Assembly: GCA_044361935.1 (NCBI GenBank)
Contig: JBIKHW010000001.1
Coordinates: 1-52,464, forward strand
Direction: 5' to 3'
Length of the DNA: 52,464 nt
Source: Limnohabitans sp.
GTDB taxonomy: Bacteria; Pseudomonadota; Gammaproteobacteria; Burkholderiales; Burkholderiaceae_C
The stretch's first letter is position 1; every line of letters starts with the position of its first letter. A model generated the notes under the pieces. The model was not told the origin of the DNA. It saw only the letters and a program-made list of their open reading frames with translations, and searched no databases. The translations under genes were made by a program, and so were the position numbers. This document shows positions 1-9,520 of the stretch, piece by piece.

Positions 1-51
1 CAAGCGCAGGGGCATCAGGAAAAGCATGAAGCAAAGGAACAAGCGACGCAT
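1..51 (-). CDS. 5' end of a hypothetical exported/membrane protein (partial, runs off the window)
   Basis: Minus-strand ATG at 51 gives MRRLFLCFMLFLMPLRL..., a signal-peptide-like start; the rest is outside the window. Confidence 0.35.
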   Translation of the reverse strand, partial: MRRLFLCFMLFLMPLRL

Positions 52-195
52 TTTCAAATCATATGCCATGCATGGTGGTGCTCGGGTTCAGAGTCCCGAA
101 TGACCGTTCAGGCGCTGCGATCAAGGCATGGCCTGCTGGACGACTTGATGCGCGGGCACTGGGGTTCGCGTTTGGGCGCAGACGAGAAGGAACAT

Positions 196-308
196 GGACC
201 CCGGGTCAAGCCCGGGGTGACACACCTAGAGGCAAGAAGCCGGGTTGACAAGCCTAGAGGCAAGAAGCCCGGGGTGACACACCTGGAGGCGAGAAGCCCG
301 GGGTGACA
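196..308. repeat. REP-type palindrome plus four ~29-bp tandem derivatives
   Basis: GGACCCCGGGTCAAGCCCGGGGTGACA followed by units of AAGCCCGGGGTGACACACCTAGAGGCAAG at about 208, 237, 265 and 294. Confidence 0.8.
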
Positions 309-360
309 AACCGTGAGGGATCAGAAAGGGCGCAGACCAAGGTGACCCGCTGGGGAAAGC

Positions 361-1899
361 TCAGCCCGGGCGCACACCTTGTAACAAGGAAGCGCTCGAA
401 GCATCCAGCCCCACTGTGTCGCCCGACAACATGCGCGCATGGATGTCTTTGGCCAGCACCTTGCCCAGCTCCACGCCCCATTGGTCAAAGCTGTTGATGC
501 CCCATACCGCGCCGCTCACAAACACACGGTGCTCTTGCAAGGCGATCAGTGCACCCAGACTGGTGGGCGTGAGTTCATCGAGCAACAAAAAGCTACTGGG
601 TCGGTTGCCGGGGAAGTGCTTGTGACCCCCTTCATCGGCTTGGCCCAGCATCAGTGCCTGCGCCTGCGCGATCACATTGGCCAGCAGCAGTTCGTGGTGG
701 TCGGTCAAGTTGTGCGTGGGTTTTTTCACGGCAATGAACTCGACCGGCACCACATCCATGCCCTGGTGCAGCATCTGAAAATACGCGTGCTGCCCATTGG
801 TGCCCGGCTCCCCCCACAGAACGGGTGAGGTGCCATAGGGCAGCGCATGCCCGTTGCGGTCCACACGCTTGCCGTTGCTCTCCATCTCCAACTGCTGCAA
901 ATACGCAGGCAAGCGGCGCAGGGCGCTGTGGTAAGGCGCAATGCTGCGACTGGTGAAGTTCAAAAAATTTCGGTACCAGACATCGAGCAGGCCCAGACGC
1001 ACCGGCAAGTTGGCCTCCAGCGGCGCGGCCTGGAAGTGCTGGTCCATCGCGTGCGCTCCGGCCAGCAAATCCCTGAAGCCTTGTGCGCCGATGGCAATCG
1101 CCACAGGCAAGCCAATGGCCGACCACACGGAGTAACGCCCGCCCACCCAGTCCCAAAAACCGAAAGTGGTGGTGATGCCGAAGTCGGCCGCAGCCGACAC
1201 ATTGGTGGTCAGCGCCGCAAAGTGGCCTGACACGTCTTGACCGCCTTGCGCCAGAAACCAAGCCAGCGCCGAGCGGGCGTTGGTCATGGTCTCGATGGTG
1301 GTGAAGGTTTTGGACGCGATCAGGAACAACGTGTTCTCGGCTTTCAGGCCCCTGAGCACCGCCGCCAGTTCATGGCCGTCCACATTCGACACAAAATGGA
1401 AACGCTTGCCGGGGATCACGAAGTCTTGCAGCGCCAGCACGGCCATCTGCGGCCCCAGGTCCGAGCCACCGATGCCGATGTTCACCACGTCGGTGATCTG
1501 CGCATCGGCGCGGATCTGTTCGGCATAGGCCAGCATGGGTTGGAGGGTGTCGTGCACCAACTTCAGAGGTGCGGCCAGATCACCGCCCAAAGAGCCCTGG
1601 GGCTGGCGCAGCAGCCAATGCATCACGGCGCGTCCCTCGGTGTTGTTGATGGGCTCACCCCGGAACATGGCGTCGCGGTGCGCAGCCAGGCCGGTTTGGC
1701 GGGCCAACTCGATCAACAAGGCTTCGGTCGCGGCGTCGGTGTGGTTTTTGGACAGATCGGCAAAGACATGGGGGGCGGTCTGGCTCAGGCTGGACGCACG
1801 GTCAGCATCCTGCGCAAACGCTTGGCGCAAATCAAAGCCCGTGGCCTGTGCCGCATGGGTCGTTAAGGCCTTCCAAGCCGGGGTTTGGTCACAACGCAT
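361..1899 (-). CDS. pgi: glucose-6-phosphate isomerase
   Basis: Motifs GIGGSDLGP, SKTFTT, DWVGGRYS, QQLEMESNGK, GTNGQHA, FDQWGVELGK; ATG at 1899 preferred over TTG at 1911. Confidence 0.97.
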   Translation of the reverse strand: MRCDQTPAWKALTTHAAQATGFDLRQAFAQDADRASSLSQTAPHVFADLSKNHTDAATEALLIELARQTGLAAHRDAMFRGEPINNTEGRAVMHWLLRQPQGSLGGDLAAPLKLVHDTLQPMLAYAEQIRADAQITDVVNIGIGGSDLGPQMAVLALQDFVIPGKRFHFVSNVDGHELAAVLRGLKAENTLFLIASKTFTTIETMTNARSALAWFLAQGGQDVSGHFAALTTNVSAAADFGITTTFGFWDWVGGRYSVWSAIGLPVAIAIGAQGFRDLLAGAHAMDQHFQAAPLEANLPVRLGLLDVWYRNFLNFTSRSIAPYHSALRRLPAYLQQLEMESNGKRVDRNGHALPYGTSPVLWGEPGTNGQHAYFQMLHQGMDVVPVEFIAVKKPTHNLTDHHELLLANVIAQAQALMLGQADEGGHKHFPGNRPSSFLLLDELTPTSLGALIALQEHRVFVSGAVWGINSFDQWGVELGKVLAKDIHARMLSGDTVGLDASSASLLQGVRPG

Positions 1900-1947
1900 G
1901 AGGACTTTCAAGCAGACAAGCGGTTATCGAAATCGAGGTCATTTTTT

Positions 1948-2019
1948 GTAGGAGACCGCCCCGTGGGCGATTCTGATGAACGCAATTCACGAGCCATCGC
2001 GCACGAGGTGCGCTCCTAC
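1948..2019. repeat. GTAG-family REP doublet (REPIN-like) between tal and pgi
   Basis: GTAGGAGACCGCCCCGTGGGCGAT ... ATCGCGCACGAGGTGCGCTCCTAC in inverted arrangement. Confidence 0.7.
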
Positions 2020-2029
2020 GAGGGAGGTG

Positions 2030-2977
2030 TCAGGCTTTTTTCATCAACTCTTCAAGTTTCACAGCATCTGCGCAAAAAGCGCGGATGCCTTCGGCCAGCT
2101 TTTCGGTGGCCATGGCGTCTTCATTCAGCGCCAGGCGGAAAGAGGCTTCGTCGTAGCTCACAGCAGGCATGTCCATGGCCTGCGCGGCTGCAGCGTCCAA
2201 TGCTTGGCTCAGCGGGGCTTCGGTCGCAGCCAACTGCGCCAGCAACTCAGGGCTGATGGTCAACAAGTCGCAACCGGCCAACGCCGTGATTTGCCCCATG
2301 TTGCGGAACGACGCGCCCATCACCTCGGTGGCGATGCCGTGCTTTTTGTAGTGATTGAAGATCGCCCGCACCGACTGCACGCCGGGGTCGTTCGCGCCCG
2401 ACTTGACCGCTTCGTCCCACGCAGCGCCTGCAGACTTTTTGTACCAGTCGTATATGCGGCCCACAAATGGCGAAATGAGTTGCACTTTGGCCTGGCCGCA
2501 CGCCACCGCCTGGCAGAACGCAAACAACAGCGTCAAGTTGCAGCGGATGCCTTCACGCTGCAGCTCGGCTGCGGCCTGGATGCCTTCCCAGGTCGAGGCG
2601 ATCTTGATGAGCACGCGTTCACGCGGGATGCCCTGCGCCTCGTACAGCGCCATGATGCGCCGCGCCCGCGCCACAGTGGCGGCGGTGTCAAAGCTCAAAC
2701 GGGCATCGACTTCAGTGGACACGCGGCCGGGGATGGTCTTCAAAATCTCGCACCCAAAACGCACCAACAGATGGTCCATCACCACGTCCAGCGGCTGGCC
2801 CCTGTGGGCGGCCACAGCTTCAGCCAGCAGGGGCGCGTATTCGGGCTTTTGCACCGCCTTCAAGATCAAGGACGGGTTGGTCGTTGCGTCCTGCGGCTGA
2901 AACTGGGCCAGTTGTTTGAAGTCGCCGGTATCGGCCACCACGGTGGTGAATTGTTTGAGGGCGTCGAGTTGGTTCAT
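2030..2977 (-). CDS. tal: transaldolase
   Basis: [44 protein letters not shown] motifs. Confidence 0.97.
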   Translation of the reverse strand: MNQLDALKQFTTVVADTGDFKQLAQFQPQDATTNPSLILKAVQKPEYAPLLAEAVAAHRGQPLDVVMDHLLVRFGCEILKTIPGRVSTEVDARLSFDTAATVARARRIMALYEAQGIPRERVLIKIASTWEGIQAAAELQREGIRCNLTLLFAFCQAVACGQAKVQLISPFVGRIYDWYKKSAGAAWDEAVKSGANDPGVQSVRAIFNHYKKHGIATEVMGASFRNMGQITALAGCDLLTISPELLAQLAATEAPLSQALDAAAAQAMDMPAVSYDEASFRLALNEDAMATEKLAEGIRAFCADAVKLEELMKKA

Positions 2978-3018
2978 GGGGGCTTTGTCAAAACAGACTT
3001 GAATTATCGATGAAACAA

Positions 3019-3050
3019 AGTTACATTACAAATCAATTTTTCATGTAACT
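3019..3050. promoter_or_regulatory. putative HexR operator in the divergent tal/zwf promoter
   Basis: Inverted repeat AGTTACAT...ATGTAACT in an AT-rich intergenic region; hexR lies downstream of zwf (assignment is inference). Confidence 0.45.
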
Positions 3051-3060
3051 CAAGAACAAT

Positions 3061-4524
3061 ATGGCTTTTGATCTGGTTTTCTTCGGTGGCACTGGCGATC
3101 TGGTCTGGCGCAAACTCATGCCCGCACTGTTTCAGGCCTTTCGCCACGACACCTTGCCCGAAGGTGGGCGCATCATCGGCGTGGGCCGCGACGCAATGAG
3201 CGACGAACAGTACCGCCAACAAATCCAGTCGCGCTTCGAACAGGTCGAAGGCGACAAACGCCCCAAGCCCGAAGAGTTCGCCCGCTTTGCAGCCATGCTC
3301 TGCTACGTGCGCATGGATCTGTCCCAGCCCGCTTCCTACGCAGCGCTCGCCGAGCGCCTGGCCGAGCGCGAAACCGACAGCGTGGTGATGTATTTGTCCA
3401 CCGCGCCCAGCCTGTTCACCACGGTGTGTGAACAACTTGCCGCCAATGGCCTCAACACCCCCAAAACCCGCATCGTGCTGGAAAAACCGCTGGGTCAAGA
3501 CCTGGCCTCCAACCGATCGATCAACGAAGCGGTGGGCCGTGCTTTCAAAGAACAGCAAATCTTTCGCATCGACCATTACTTGGGCAAACCTGCGGTGCAA
3601 AACCTGTTTGCCATGCGCTTTGGCAACGCCTTGTTTGAGCCTTTGTGGCGGCGCGAGCACATCGCCAACATCCAGATCACCATGGCGGAAGAGTTGGGCG
3701 TGGAAAAACGCGGCGGTTTTTACGAGACCACCGGTGCGCTGCGCGACATGGTGCAAAACCATGCCCTGCAGCTGCTTTGCGCCATTGCCATGGAGCCGCC
3801 CATCAACGCGCATGCCGACGCGATTCGCGACGAAAAACTCAAAGTGCTGCGCGCCCTCAAACGCTGGACGCCCGAGACCCTGAGCCAGCAAGTCATTCGC
3901 GGGCAATACAACGCCGGCAATGTGGAAGGCAAAGCTGTGCCCGCCTACCGCGATGAACCCGGCGTGAACGCCGCGAGCAGCACCGAAACCTTCGTGGCCC
4001 TGCGCACCGAAATCGCCAACTGGCGCTGGGCGGGCGTGCCCTTTTACATCCGTACCGGCAAGCGCATGGCCTCGCGCGAGGCACACATCCAGATCAATTT
4101 CCGCCCCACGCCGCACGAAATCTTCAAAAGTCCGGTGGGCCAGGTGAACAAATTGGTGATCCACCTGCAACCCAAAGACGGTCTGGAGTTGCACCTGTTT
4201 GCCCAAGGCCAAAGCAAACGCGGCCAGGGCAGCGGCGGCGCAACTTTGAGCCCGGTGCACCTGGACCTGGACTTTGACAAACGCTTTGGCAGCGAACGCG
4301 TGGGTGCCTACGAGCGCTTGCTGCTGGACGTGCTGGACGGCCGCCTGAACCTGTTTGTGCGCAGCGACGAGCAAGAAGAGGCCTGGCGCTGGGTCGAGCC
4401 CATCTTGCAACACTGGAACAACGACCCGACTGGCCCACGCCCCTATACCGCAGGCACCTGGGGGCCCAGTGCGTCGAGTGCCATGATCGCGCGTGATGGC
4501 TTTTGCTGGAGTGAAGAGGTCTGA
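3061..4524 (+). CDS. zwf: glucose-6-phosphate 1-dehydrogenase
   Basis: FGGTGDL, EKPLG, RIDHYLGK, RDMVQNH, RWAGVPFYIRTGKR motifs. Confidence 0.97.
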   Translation: MAFDLVFFGGTGDLVWRKLMPALFQAFRHDTLPEGGRIIGVGRDAMSDEQYRQQIQSRFEQVEGDKRPKPEEFARFAAMLCYVRMDLSQPASYAALAERLAERETDSVVMYLSTAPSLFTTVCEQLAANGLNTPKTRIVLEKPLGQDLASNRSINEAVGRAFKEQQIFRIDHYLGKPAVQNLFAMRFGNALFEPLWRREHIANIQITMAEELGVEKRGGFYETTGALRDMVQNHALQLLCAIAMEPPINAHADAIRDEKLKVLRALKRWTPETLSQQVIRGQYNAGNVEGKAVPAYRDEPGVNAASSTETFVALRTEIANWRWAGVPFYIRTGKRMASREAHIQINFRPTPHEIFKSPVGQVNKLVIHLQPKDGLELHLFAQGQSKRGQGSGGATLSPVHLDLDFDKRFGSERVGAYERLLLDVLDGRLNLFVRSDEQEEAWRWVEPILQHWNNDPTGPRPYTAGTWGPSASSAMIARDGFCWSEEV

Positions 4525-4532
4525 TGACACGC

Positions 4533-4638
4533 TGTCATTCCCGATCCAAGCAAGAAATGACATTCCCGAACCACCCAAACTGTCATTCCCGACTTGATCG
4601 GGACTCTATAGATCCTCGGGTCAAGCCCCAGGATGACA
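4533..4638. repeat. GTCAT(T/C)CC-type REP cluster
   Basis: Degenerate GTCATTCCCGA half-copies, then GTCATTCCCGACTTGATCGGGA and inverted GATCCTCGGGTCAAGCCCCAGGATGAC. Confidence 0.7.
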
Positions 4639-4669
4639 GGCTAAAAACCATCTGAACCGGAGACACACC

Positions 4670-5515
4670 ATGCTCGACCGAATCAAAGCTTCTTTGCCGT
4701 CCCTGGCCCCGGCCGAGCAACGCGTGGGCAAGCTCGTGCTGGCCGACCCCCGGGCCTTTGCCAACTTGCCTGTGACCGAGTTGGCCGACCGCGCCCATGT
4801 GAGCAAACCCACCGTGGTGCGCTTTTGCCGCAGCGTGGGTTATGACGGCCTGTCCGACTTCAAACTCAAACTGGCCGGCAGCGTGAGCGAAGGCGTGCCC
4901 TTTATCCACCGCAGTGTGGACGCGGACGACAAGACCAGCGACATCGCGGTCAAGGTCATCGACAACACCGTGGCGGCATTTTTGAAGTATCGCAACGACG
5001 CCAGCTCATTCGCTTTGGAGCACGCCGCCCAAGCCCTGGCCGCCACACAAAAGACCAACCGCCGCATCGAGTTTTATGGCGTGGGCAACTCCGGCATCGT
5101 GGCGCAAGACGCGCAGCACAAATTCTTCCGCCTGGGTGTCAACGCCATCGCCTACAGCGACGGCCACATGCAGGTCATGAGCGCCTCTATGCTGCGGCCC
5201 GGCGACTGCGCTGTGGTCATCTCCAACTCCGGCCGCACCCGCGACCTGATGGACGCCTGCGACATCGCCAAGAAACAAGGCGCCACAACAATAGTCATCA
5301 CCGCCAGCGGCTCGCCCCTGGCCAGCGCAGGGCACATCCACCTCACGGCCGACCACCCCGAGGGCTATGACAAATACAGCCCCATGGTCTCGCGCCTGCT
5401 GCACCTTCTCATCATCGACATACTGGCAACCACCGTGGCCTTGCGCATCGGCGAAGAACTGCAACCCGTTCTGCGTGACATGAAAAAGAACCTGAGCAGC
5501 AAGCGTTACACCTGA
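4670..5515 (+). CDS. hexR: RpiR/HexR-family transcriptional regulator (HTH plus SIS)
   Basis: VSKPTVVRFCRSVGYDGLSDFKLKLA HTH, SIS domain GVGNSG/ISNSG; follows zwf. Confidence 0.88.
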   Translation: MLDRIKASLPSLAPAEQRVGKLVLADPRAFANLPVTELADRAHVSKPTVVRFCRSVGYDGLSDFKLKLAGSVSEGVPFIHRSVDADDKTSDIAVKVIDNTVAAFLKYRNDASSFALEHAAQALAATQKTNRRIEFYGVGNSGIVAQDAQHKFFRLGVNAIAYSDGHMQVMSASMLRPGDCAVVISNSGRTRDLMDACDIAKKQGATTIVITASGSPLASAGHIHLTADHPEGYDKYSPMVSRLLHLLIIDILATTVALRIGEELQPVLRDMKKNLSSKRYT

Positions 5516-5539
5516 GCCATCAGGCGCCTTGGCGCGACA

Positions 5540-6988
5540 TCAGCTAGGAGGCCAAGCCATCCGAATCAGCGTCCCCCGCCCTTTGTCCAGCGGGCTGGTT
5601 ACCCCCAGCACCGCCCCATGCTGGCTGGCGATTTCCTTCACAATGGCCAGGCCCAGGCCGCTACCGCTCACCCCCGAAGGTGCGGCACGGTAAAAGCGCT
5701 CGAACACATGGGCCTGGTCCTCGGGGGCGATGCCCGGGCCGTCGTCTTCCACTTCCAGCCACGTCGCCCCGACACGCACGGTGATGTGTGTCCCCACTGG
5801 GCCATGGTGAATGGCGTTGTCGATCAGGTTGCTCAGCGCCTCATGCAGCAACAGGTCCACGCCCTGCACCTCGCATTGCGCCACCAGCGCCTCCAGCCCC
5901 AGGTCATCGCCCAGCTGGTGGGCGCGCATCAGGTGCTCTTGCGTCACGCGCCGCGCCAGCGCCACCAGGTCCACGGTATGCGGGCTGTGCATTTCGCGGG
6001 CATGCTCGACCCGCGTCATGGCCAGCAGCTGCTCGGTCAGGCGCACCGCGTCGTCGGTGGTTTGCCGGGCCGCAGACAACAGCGCCTGCGCCTGCTCGGG
6101 TTCGGCATTGCGCTGGGCCAGCGTCAGCTGTGTTTTGAGGGCCGTGAGCGGCGTGCGCAGCTGGTGCGCGGCGTTGTCCAGAAAGCGTTTGCGGATATCG
6201 ATCAAGCGCCCCAGTCGGTCCAGGTAGCTGTTAAGGGTCTCGATCAGGGGCCGCAATTCGCGCGGCAAGTCCGGCGGTTGAATGGGCGAAAAATCATCGT
6301 CAGCCTTGCTGGCCAGTTGTTGGCGAAAGGCCTCCAGCGGCCGAATGCCGCGCTGCACCCCCCAGACCACCAAACCCGCAGCCGCCAAAAGCAACAAACC
6401 CTGGCTGCCCAGGGTATCCCACAAAATGCGCTGAATCAGTTGCTGCCGCGCCTCCATGGTTTCGGCCACGATGATCTTGATCAGCGGATCGCTCAGACCC
6501 GCGTCTTCCATGACATGTGTGAGCTGCGCCAGGCGAACGGGTTGGTTCAGATACACCCCGTCGTCAAACTGCACCAGTGCAAAGTACTTCACAGCCGACT
6601 GCGTGCGCACGGGCGCATCGGGCAAAGCGTCCACACCCGCCAGCCACTGGCCGCCGGGCGTGGTGACTTTGTAAAACAGGCGAGAGCCGGTGTGGTTCTC
6701 AAACAGGTAACCTGCCGCCTTCATCACGTCCAGCTGCAGTCGACCATCGCGCCAGGCCAGCTCTTCGGCCAGAGTGCGGGCGGCCAGGTACAAGGACCTG
6801 TCGTAGGCCTCGTTGGCTGCATGCACTGCATTGCCATAGCCCACCCAGGCGTTCACGCCAATCAGCGCCACCAAGGGCAACAAAATCCAGCTGAGCAAGC
6901 GCCTGCGCAGCGAGGCCACGGCGCGGACCTGATAGGTCCTGCCCAGTGGGGTTTGAAAATGTTGGGGTGAATCTGTAGCTTTAGTCAT
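5540..6988 (-). CDS. tctE: sensor histidine kinase, TctE-like
   Basis: SLRRRLL plus TM helix, AYDRSL N-terminal domain, H-box AAHQLRTPL, N-box NLIDNA, G-boxes DDGPG and GSGLGL; adjacent to tctD/tctCBA. Confidence 0.85.
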   Translation of the reverse strand: MTKATDSPQHFQTPLGRTYQVRAVASLRRRLLSWILLPLVALIGVNAWVGYGNAVHAANEAYDRSLYLAARTLAEELAWRDGRLQLDVMKAAGYLFENHTGSRLFYKVTTPGGQWLAGVDALPDAPVRTQSAVKYFALVQFDDGVYLNQPVRLAQLTHVMEDAGLSDPLIKIIVAETMEARQQLIQRILWDTLGSQGLLLLAAAGLVVWGVQRGIRPLEAFRQQLASKADDDFSPIQPPDLPRELRPLIETLNSYLDRLGRLIDIRKRFLDNAAHQLRTPLTALKTQLTLAQRNAEPEQAQALLSAARQTTDDAVRLTEQLLAMTRVEHAREMHSPHTVDLVALARRVTQEHLMRAHQLGDDLGLEALVAQCEVQGVDLLLHEALSNLIDNAIHHGPVGTHITVRVGATWLEVEDDGPGIAPEDQAHVFERFYRAAPSGVSGSGLGLAIVKEIASQHGAVLGVTSPLDKGRGTLIRMAWPPS

Positions 6989-7170
6989 CCCGGACTACCT
7001 TTATCTGTCATCCCGGACTTCTCTTGTTTGTCATCCAGGACTTCTCTTGTTTGTCATCACTGACTTGATCCGGGATCCATGGCTTTCTACCGCCGTTTGC
7101 AAAAGGCAGCGATGGGAGATGGATCCCGGGTCTTCGCCCGGGATGACAAGATGTTTCCCCTAGATGACAA
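6984..7170. repeat. REP cluster with ~23-bp tandem derivatives and an inverted pair
   Basis: GTCATCCCGGACT... repeated, then ACTTGATCCGGGATCCAT and GGATCCCGGGTCTTCGCCCGGGATGAC. Confidence 0.75.
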
Positions 7171-7227
7171 AAACAGGGACTGCGCTGACATGTCAACTTC
7201 ATCGGGACGAATCGAGTGGGTATGGGG

Positions 7228-7935
7228 TCATTTGTTGCCCAATGGAGAAGTCAGCATGTAGCCCATGCCGCGAAAGGTGGTGATCACCACTTCGGCAGAC
7301 CCACCGTGGGATGCCGCAGAAGATTCGAGCTTTTTGCGCAAACGGTAAATCAGCACCTCCACCGCATCCAGACCGGCGGCCTCGTCGGCAAACACCTCGC
7401 TGTGCAGCTGCTCTTTGCTCACCGTGCGCTGCGGCGAAGACAGCAACACACGCAGCGCAGCGGCCTCGCGTTGCGTCAAAGCCAACACCTGGCCATGCAG
7501 TTGCGCAGTGCCGCTCTCCGGCTGCATCTCCAGCGGACCAAAGCGTAAAGCGTTGGTTTTGACACGGCCGTGGCGGCGCAGCAAAACCTGCAAGCGGGCT
7601 TCGAGCTCACTCAGGTCAAACGGCTTGGGCAAGTAATCGTCAGCGCCCATGTTCAGGCCCAGCACCCGGTCGGGCACGGTGGCACGCGCCGTCAAAATCA
7701 GCACCGGCACCGCATCGCCCCGCGCACGCAAGGCCTGCAGCACACTCAGGCCGTCTGGCCCCGGCAGCTGCAAATCAAGCAGCACCGCATCAAAACCGTG
7801 CCCCGGTTGCAGGCAGCGCTCGGCCGCATGGCCATCGGTGGCAAATTCAACCACCATACCGCCCTGGCGCAAGGCCGTGCCCAGCCACAGGGCAATGTCG
7901 GGCGTGTCTTCCACCAACAAAATTCGGGGACTCAT
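7228..7935 (-). CDS. tctD: OmpR-family response regulator, TctD-like
   Basis: RILLVED, LLDLQLPG, ILTAR, GADDYLPKPF, winged helix IYRLRKKL...RGMGY. Confidence 0.88.
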   Translation of the reverse strand: MSPRILLVEDTPDIALWLGTALRQGGMVVEFATDGHAAERCLQPGHGFDAVLLDLQLPGPDGLSVLQALRARGDAVPVLILTARATVPDRVLGLNMGADDYLPKPFDLSELEARLQVLLRRHGRVKTNALRFGPLEMQPESGTAQLHGQVLALTQREAAALRVLLSSPQRTVSKEQLHSEVFADEAAGLDAVEVLIYRLRKKLESSAASHGGSAEVVITTFRGMGYMLTSPLGNK

Positions 7936-7965
7936 CGGATGATTGAGGGTATTCACTGAATGGAT

Positions 7966-7990
7966 TTGACAGGTGCTTGACAGCTTGACG
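7966..7990. promoter_or_regulatory. putative TctD binding direct repeats upstream of tctC
   Basis: TTGACAG at 7966 and 7977 (11-bp period, typical of OmpR-family sites) and TTGACG at 7985. Confidence 0.4.
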
Positions 7991-8072
7991 CCCGGCTTGG
8001 CACCAAAATCGTGTCATCTGCCCAAGGCACGTGCCCGGCAGTGGCTTTTTGATTTTTACACAGGAGACCTGC

Positions 8073-9047
8073 ATGTCCATTTCCAAACGCGACTTCCTGG
8101 CCCTCGGCGCTGCCGCTGGTGCTTCCATGGCCCTGCCCGCTTGGGCTCAGGCCAAACCCATGTTTGACACGCTCAACATGTTCGTGCCCGCAGCCCCCGG
8201 CGGCGGCTGGGATGGCACCGCCCGCTCCATCGAGCGCGCGGCCAAAGCCGCTGGCCTGGTGGGCAACATGCAGTTTGAAAACGTCGGCGGAGCCGGTGGC
8301 ATGGTGGGCTTGCCCCGCTTTGTGAACCAGCGCAAAGGCCAAGGCAACGTCCTGATGGTGGGCGGCTCGGTCATGATCGGCGCGGGCATCGCCAACAAGA
8401 GCCCCGTGACCATCAAAAACGTCACCCCCATTGCCCGCCTGACCGAAGAGGCCGGTGTCATCGTCGTGCCTGCTGCGGGCAAGATCAAAACCTGGAAAGA
8501 ACTCGAAGCGGCCATCAAAGCCAACCCCAAAGCCGTCTCGGTGGCCGGTGGCAGTGCGGGCGGCACCGACCACTTGATTTTGGGCATGTTGATCAAAGCG
8601 CTGGGCAAAAACCCGCGCGAAGCCGCTTACGTGGCCTTTGCAGGCGGCGGTCCCGCCAACGCGGCGATTTTGGGCAACCAAGTGGTGGCAGGCATTTCCG
8701 GCTACTCCGAGTTTGAAGAGCAAATCAAGGCCGGCAAGATGATTCCTCTGGCCGTCTCGGGCAAAAGCCGCATTCCCGGCGTCAACGTCCCGACTTTGAA
8801 CGAACTGGGCATCAACGTATCCGAATCCAACTGGCGCGGTGTGTTTGCCGCCCCTGGCATCAGCGATGCGCAGCGCAACGGCTTGATTGACTTTGTCACC
8901 CGCCTGAGCCAATCGGCCGCTTGGAAGCAAGAGCTCGAAACCCGCAAATGGACCAACGCCTTCATGACCGAACGCCCCTTTGAGCGCGATCTGGCCAAAG
9001 ACATTGCCGAAAAGGAAGTGCTGATGAAAGAACTGGGTCTGGCATGA
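8073..9047 (+). CDS. tctC: tripartite tricarboxylate transporter substrate-binding protein
   Basis: PAAPGGGWDGTAR, NVGGAGG, NWRGVFA; AGGAG RBS before ATG 8073. Confidence 0.92.
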   Translation: MSISKRDFLALGAAAGASMALPAWAQAKPMFDTLNMFVPAAPGGGWDGTARSIERAAKAAGLVGNMQFENVGGAGGMVGLPRFVNQRKGQGNVLMVGGSVMIGAGIANKSPVTIKNVTPIARLTEEAGVIVVPAAGKIKTWKELEAAIKANPKAVSVAGGSAGGTDHLILGMLIKALGKNPREAAYVAFAGGGPANAAILGNQVVAGISGYSEFEEQIKAGKMIPLAVSGKSRIPGVNVPTLNELGINVSESNWRGVFAAPGISDAQRNGLIDFVTRLSQSAAWKQELETRKWTNAFMTERPFERDLAKDIAEKEVLMKELGLA

Positions 9048-9508
9048 CGCCTTTGCGCCTGGCTCTTTTGCTGCTGGCCGTGTGCGGCGTGGCTGCCTGG
9101 CAGCTCACGGTCATTCCGCAGTCGCTGATGCAAATGACCGTGGGCCCGCTACTGGCCCCGGCCGCCATCGTGACAGCGCTCACCTTGGTGGCGCTGCTCT
9201 ACGGCTGGAGCGCCTGGCGCGGCCGCCAGGTCGACCTGAGCCATGACAGCGGACAAGAAGCCCTGCCCGGCGCGACCACCCGGATGCTCAGCTTGCTGGG
9301 CGGTGGGGTGGCCTTCATCGTGCTGGTCATTCCCCTGGGCTTTGTATTGCCAGCCACGTTGTGCGGCATGTGCATCGCGCGCGCTTTTGACGCGCCCTTC
9401 AACGGCAAGTCGCTCCTCATTTGCGGCCTGATTGCTGGCGTGTTCTGGGTTGTGTTTGCCCGCTTGCTGGGCGTGGGCCTGGGGCCTGCACTGCCTTGGT
9501 TGATTTGA
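9044..9508 (+). CDS. tctB: tripartite tricarboxylate transporter small membrane subunit
   Basis: About 4 TM segments, VGP motif, ATGA overlap with tctC. Confidence 0.85.
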   Translation: MTPLRLALLLLAVCGVAAWQLTVIPQSLMQMTVGPLLAPAAIVTALTLVALLYGWSAWRGRQVDLSHDSGQEALPGATTRMLSLLGGGVAFIVLVIPLGFVLPATLCGMCIARAFDAPFNGKSLLICGLIAGVFWVVFARLLGVGLGPALPWLI

Positions 9509-9520
9509 ATCGGATACCCC

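Noticed and set aside
196-308. CRISPR array, or the short ORFs 63-248 and 100-306
   Set aside because: Tandem REP derivatives without unique spacers; the ORFs simply read through the repeats
3004-4578. Long antisense ORFs (e.g. 3004-4578, 5618-6970, 24106-25878)
   Set aside because: Shadow ORFs opposite well-supported high-GC genes, with no motifs of their own
6988-7231. tctE starting at the ATGA overlap with the tctD stop (in frame with 6988)
   Set aside because: Multiple in-frame stops lie between 7231 and 6988
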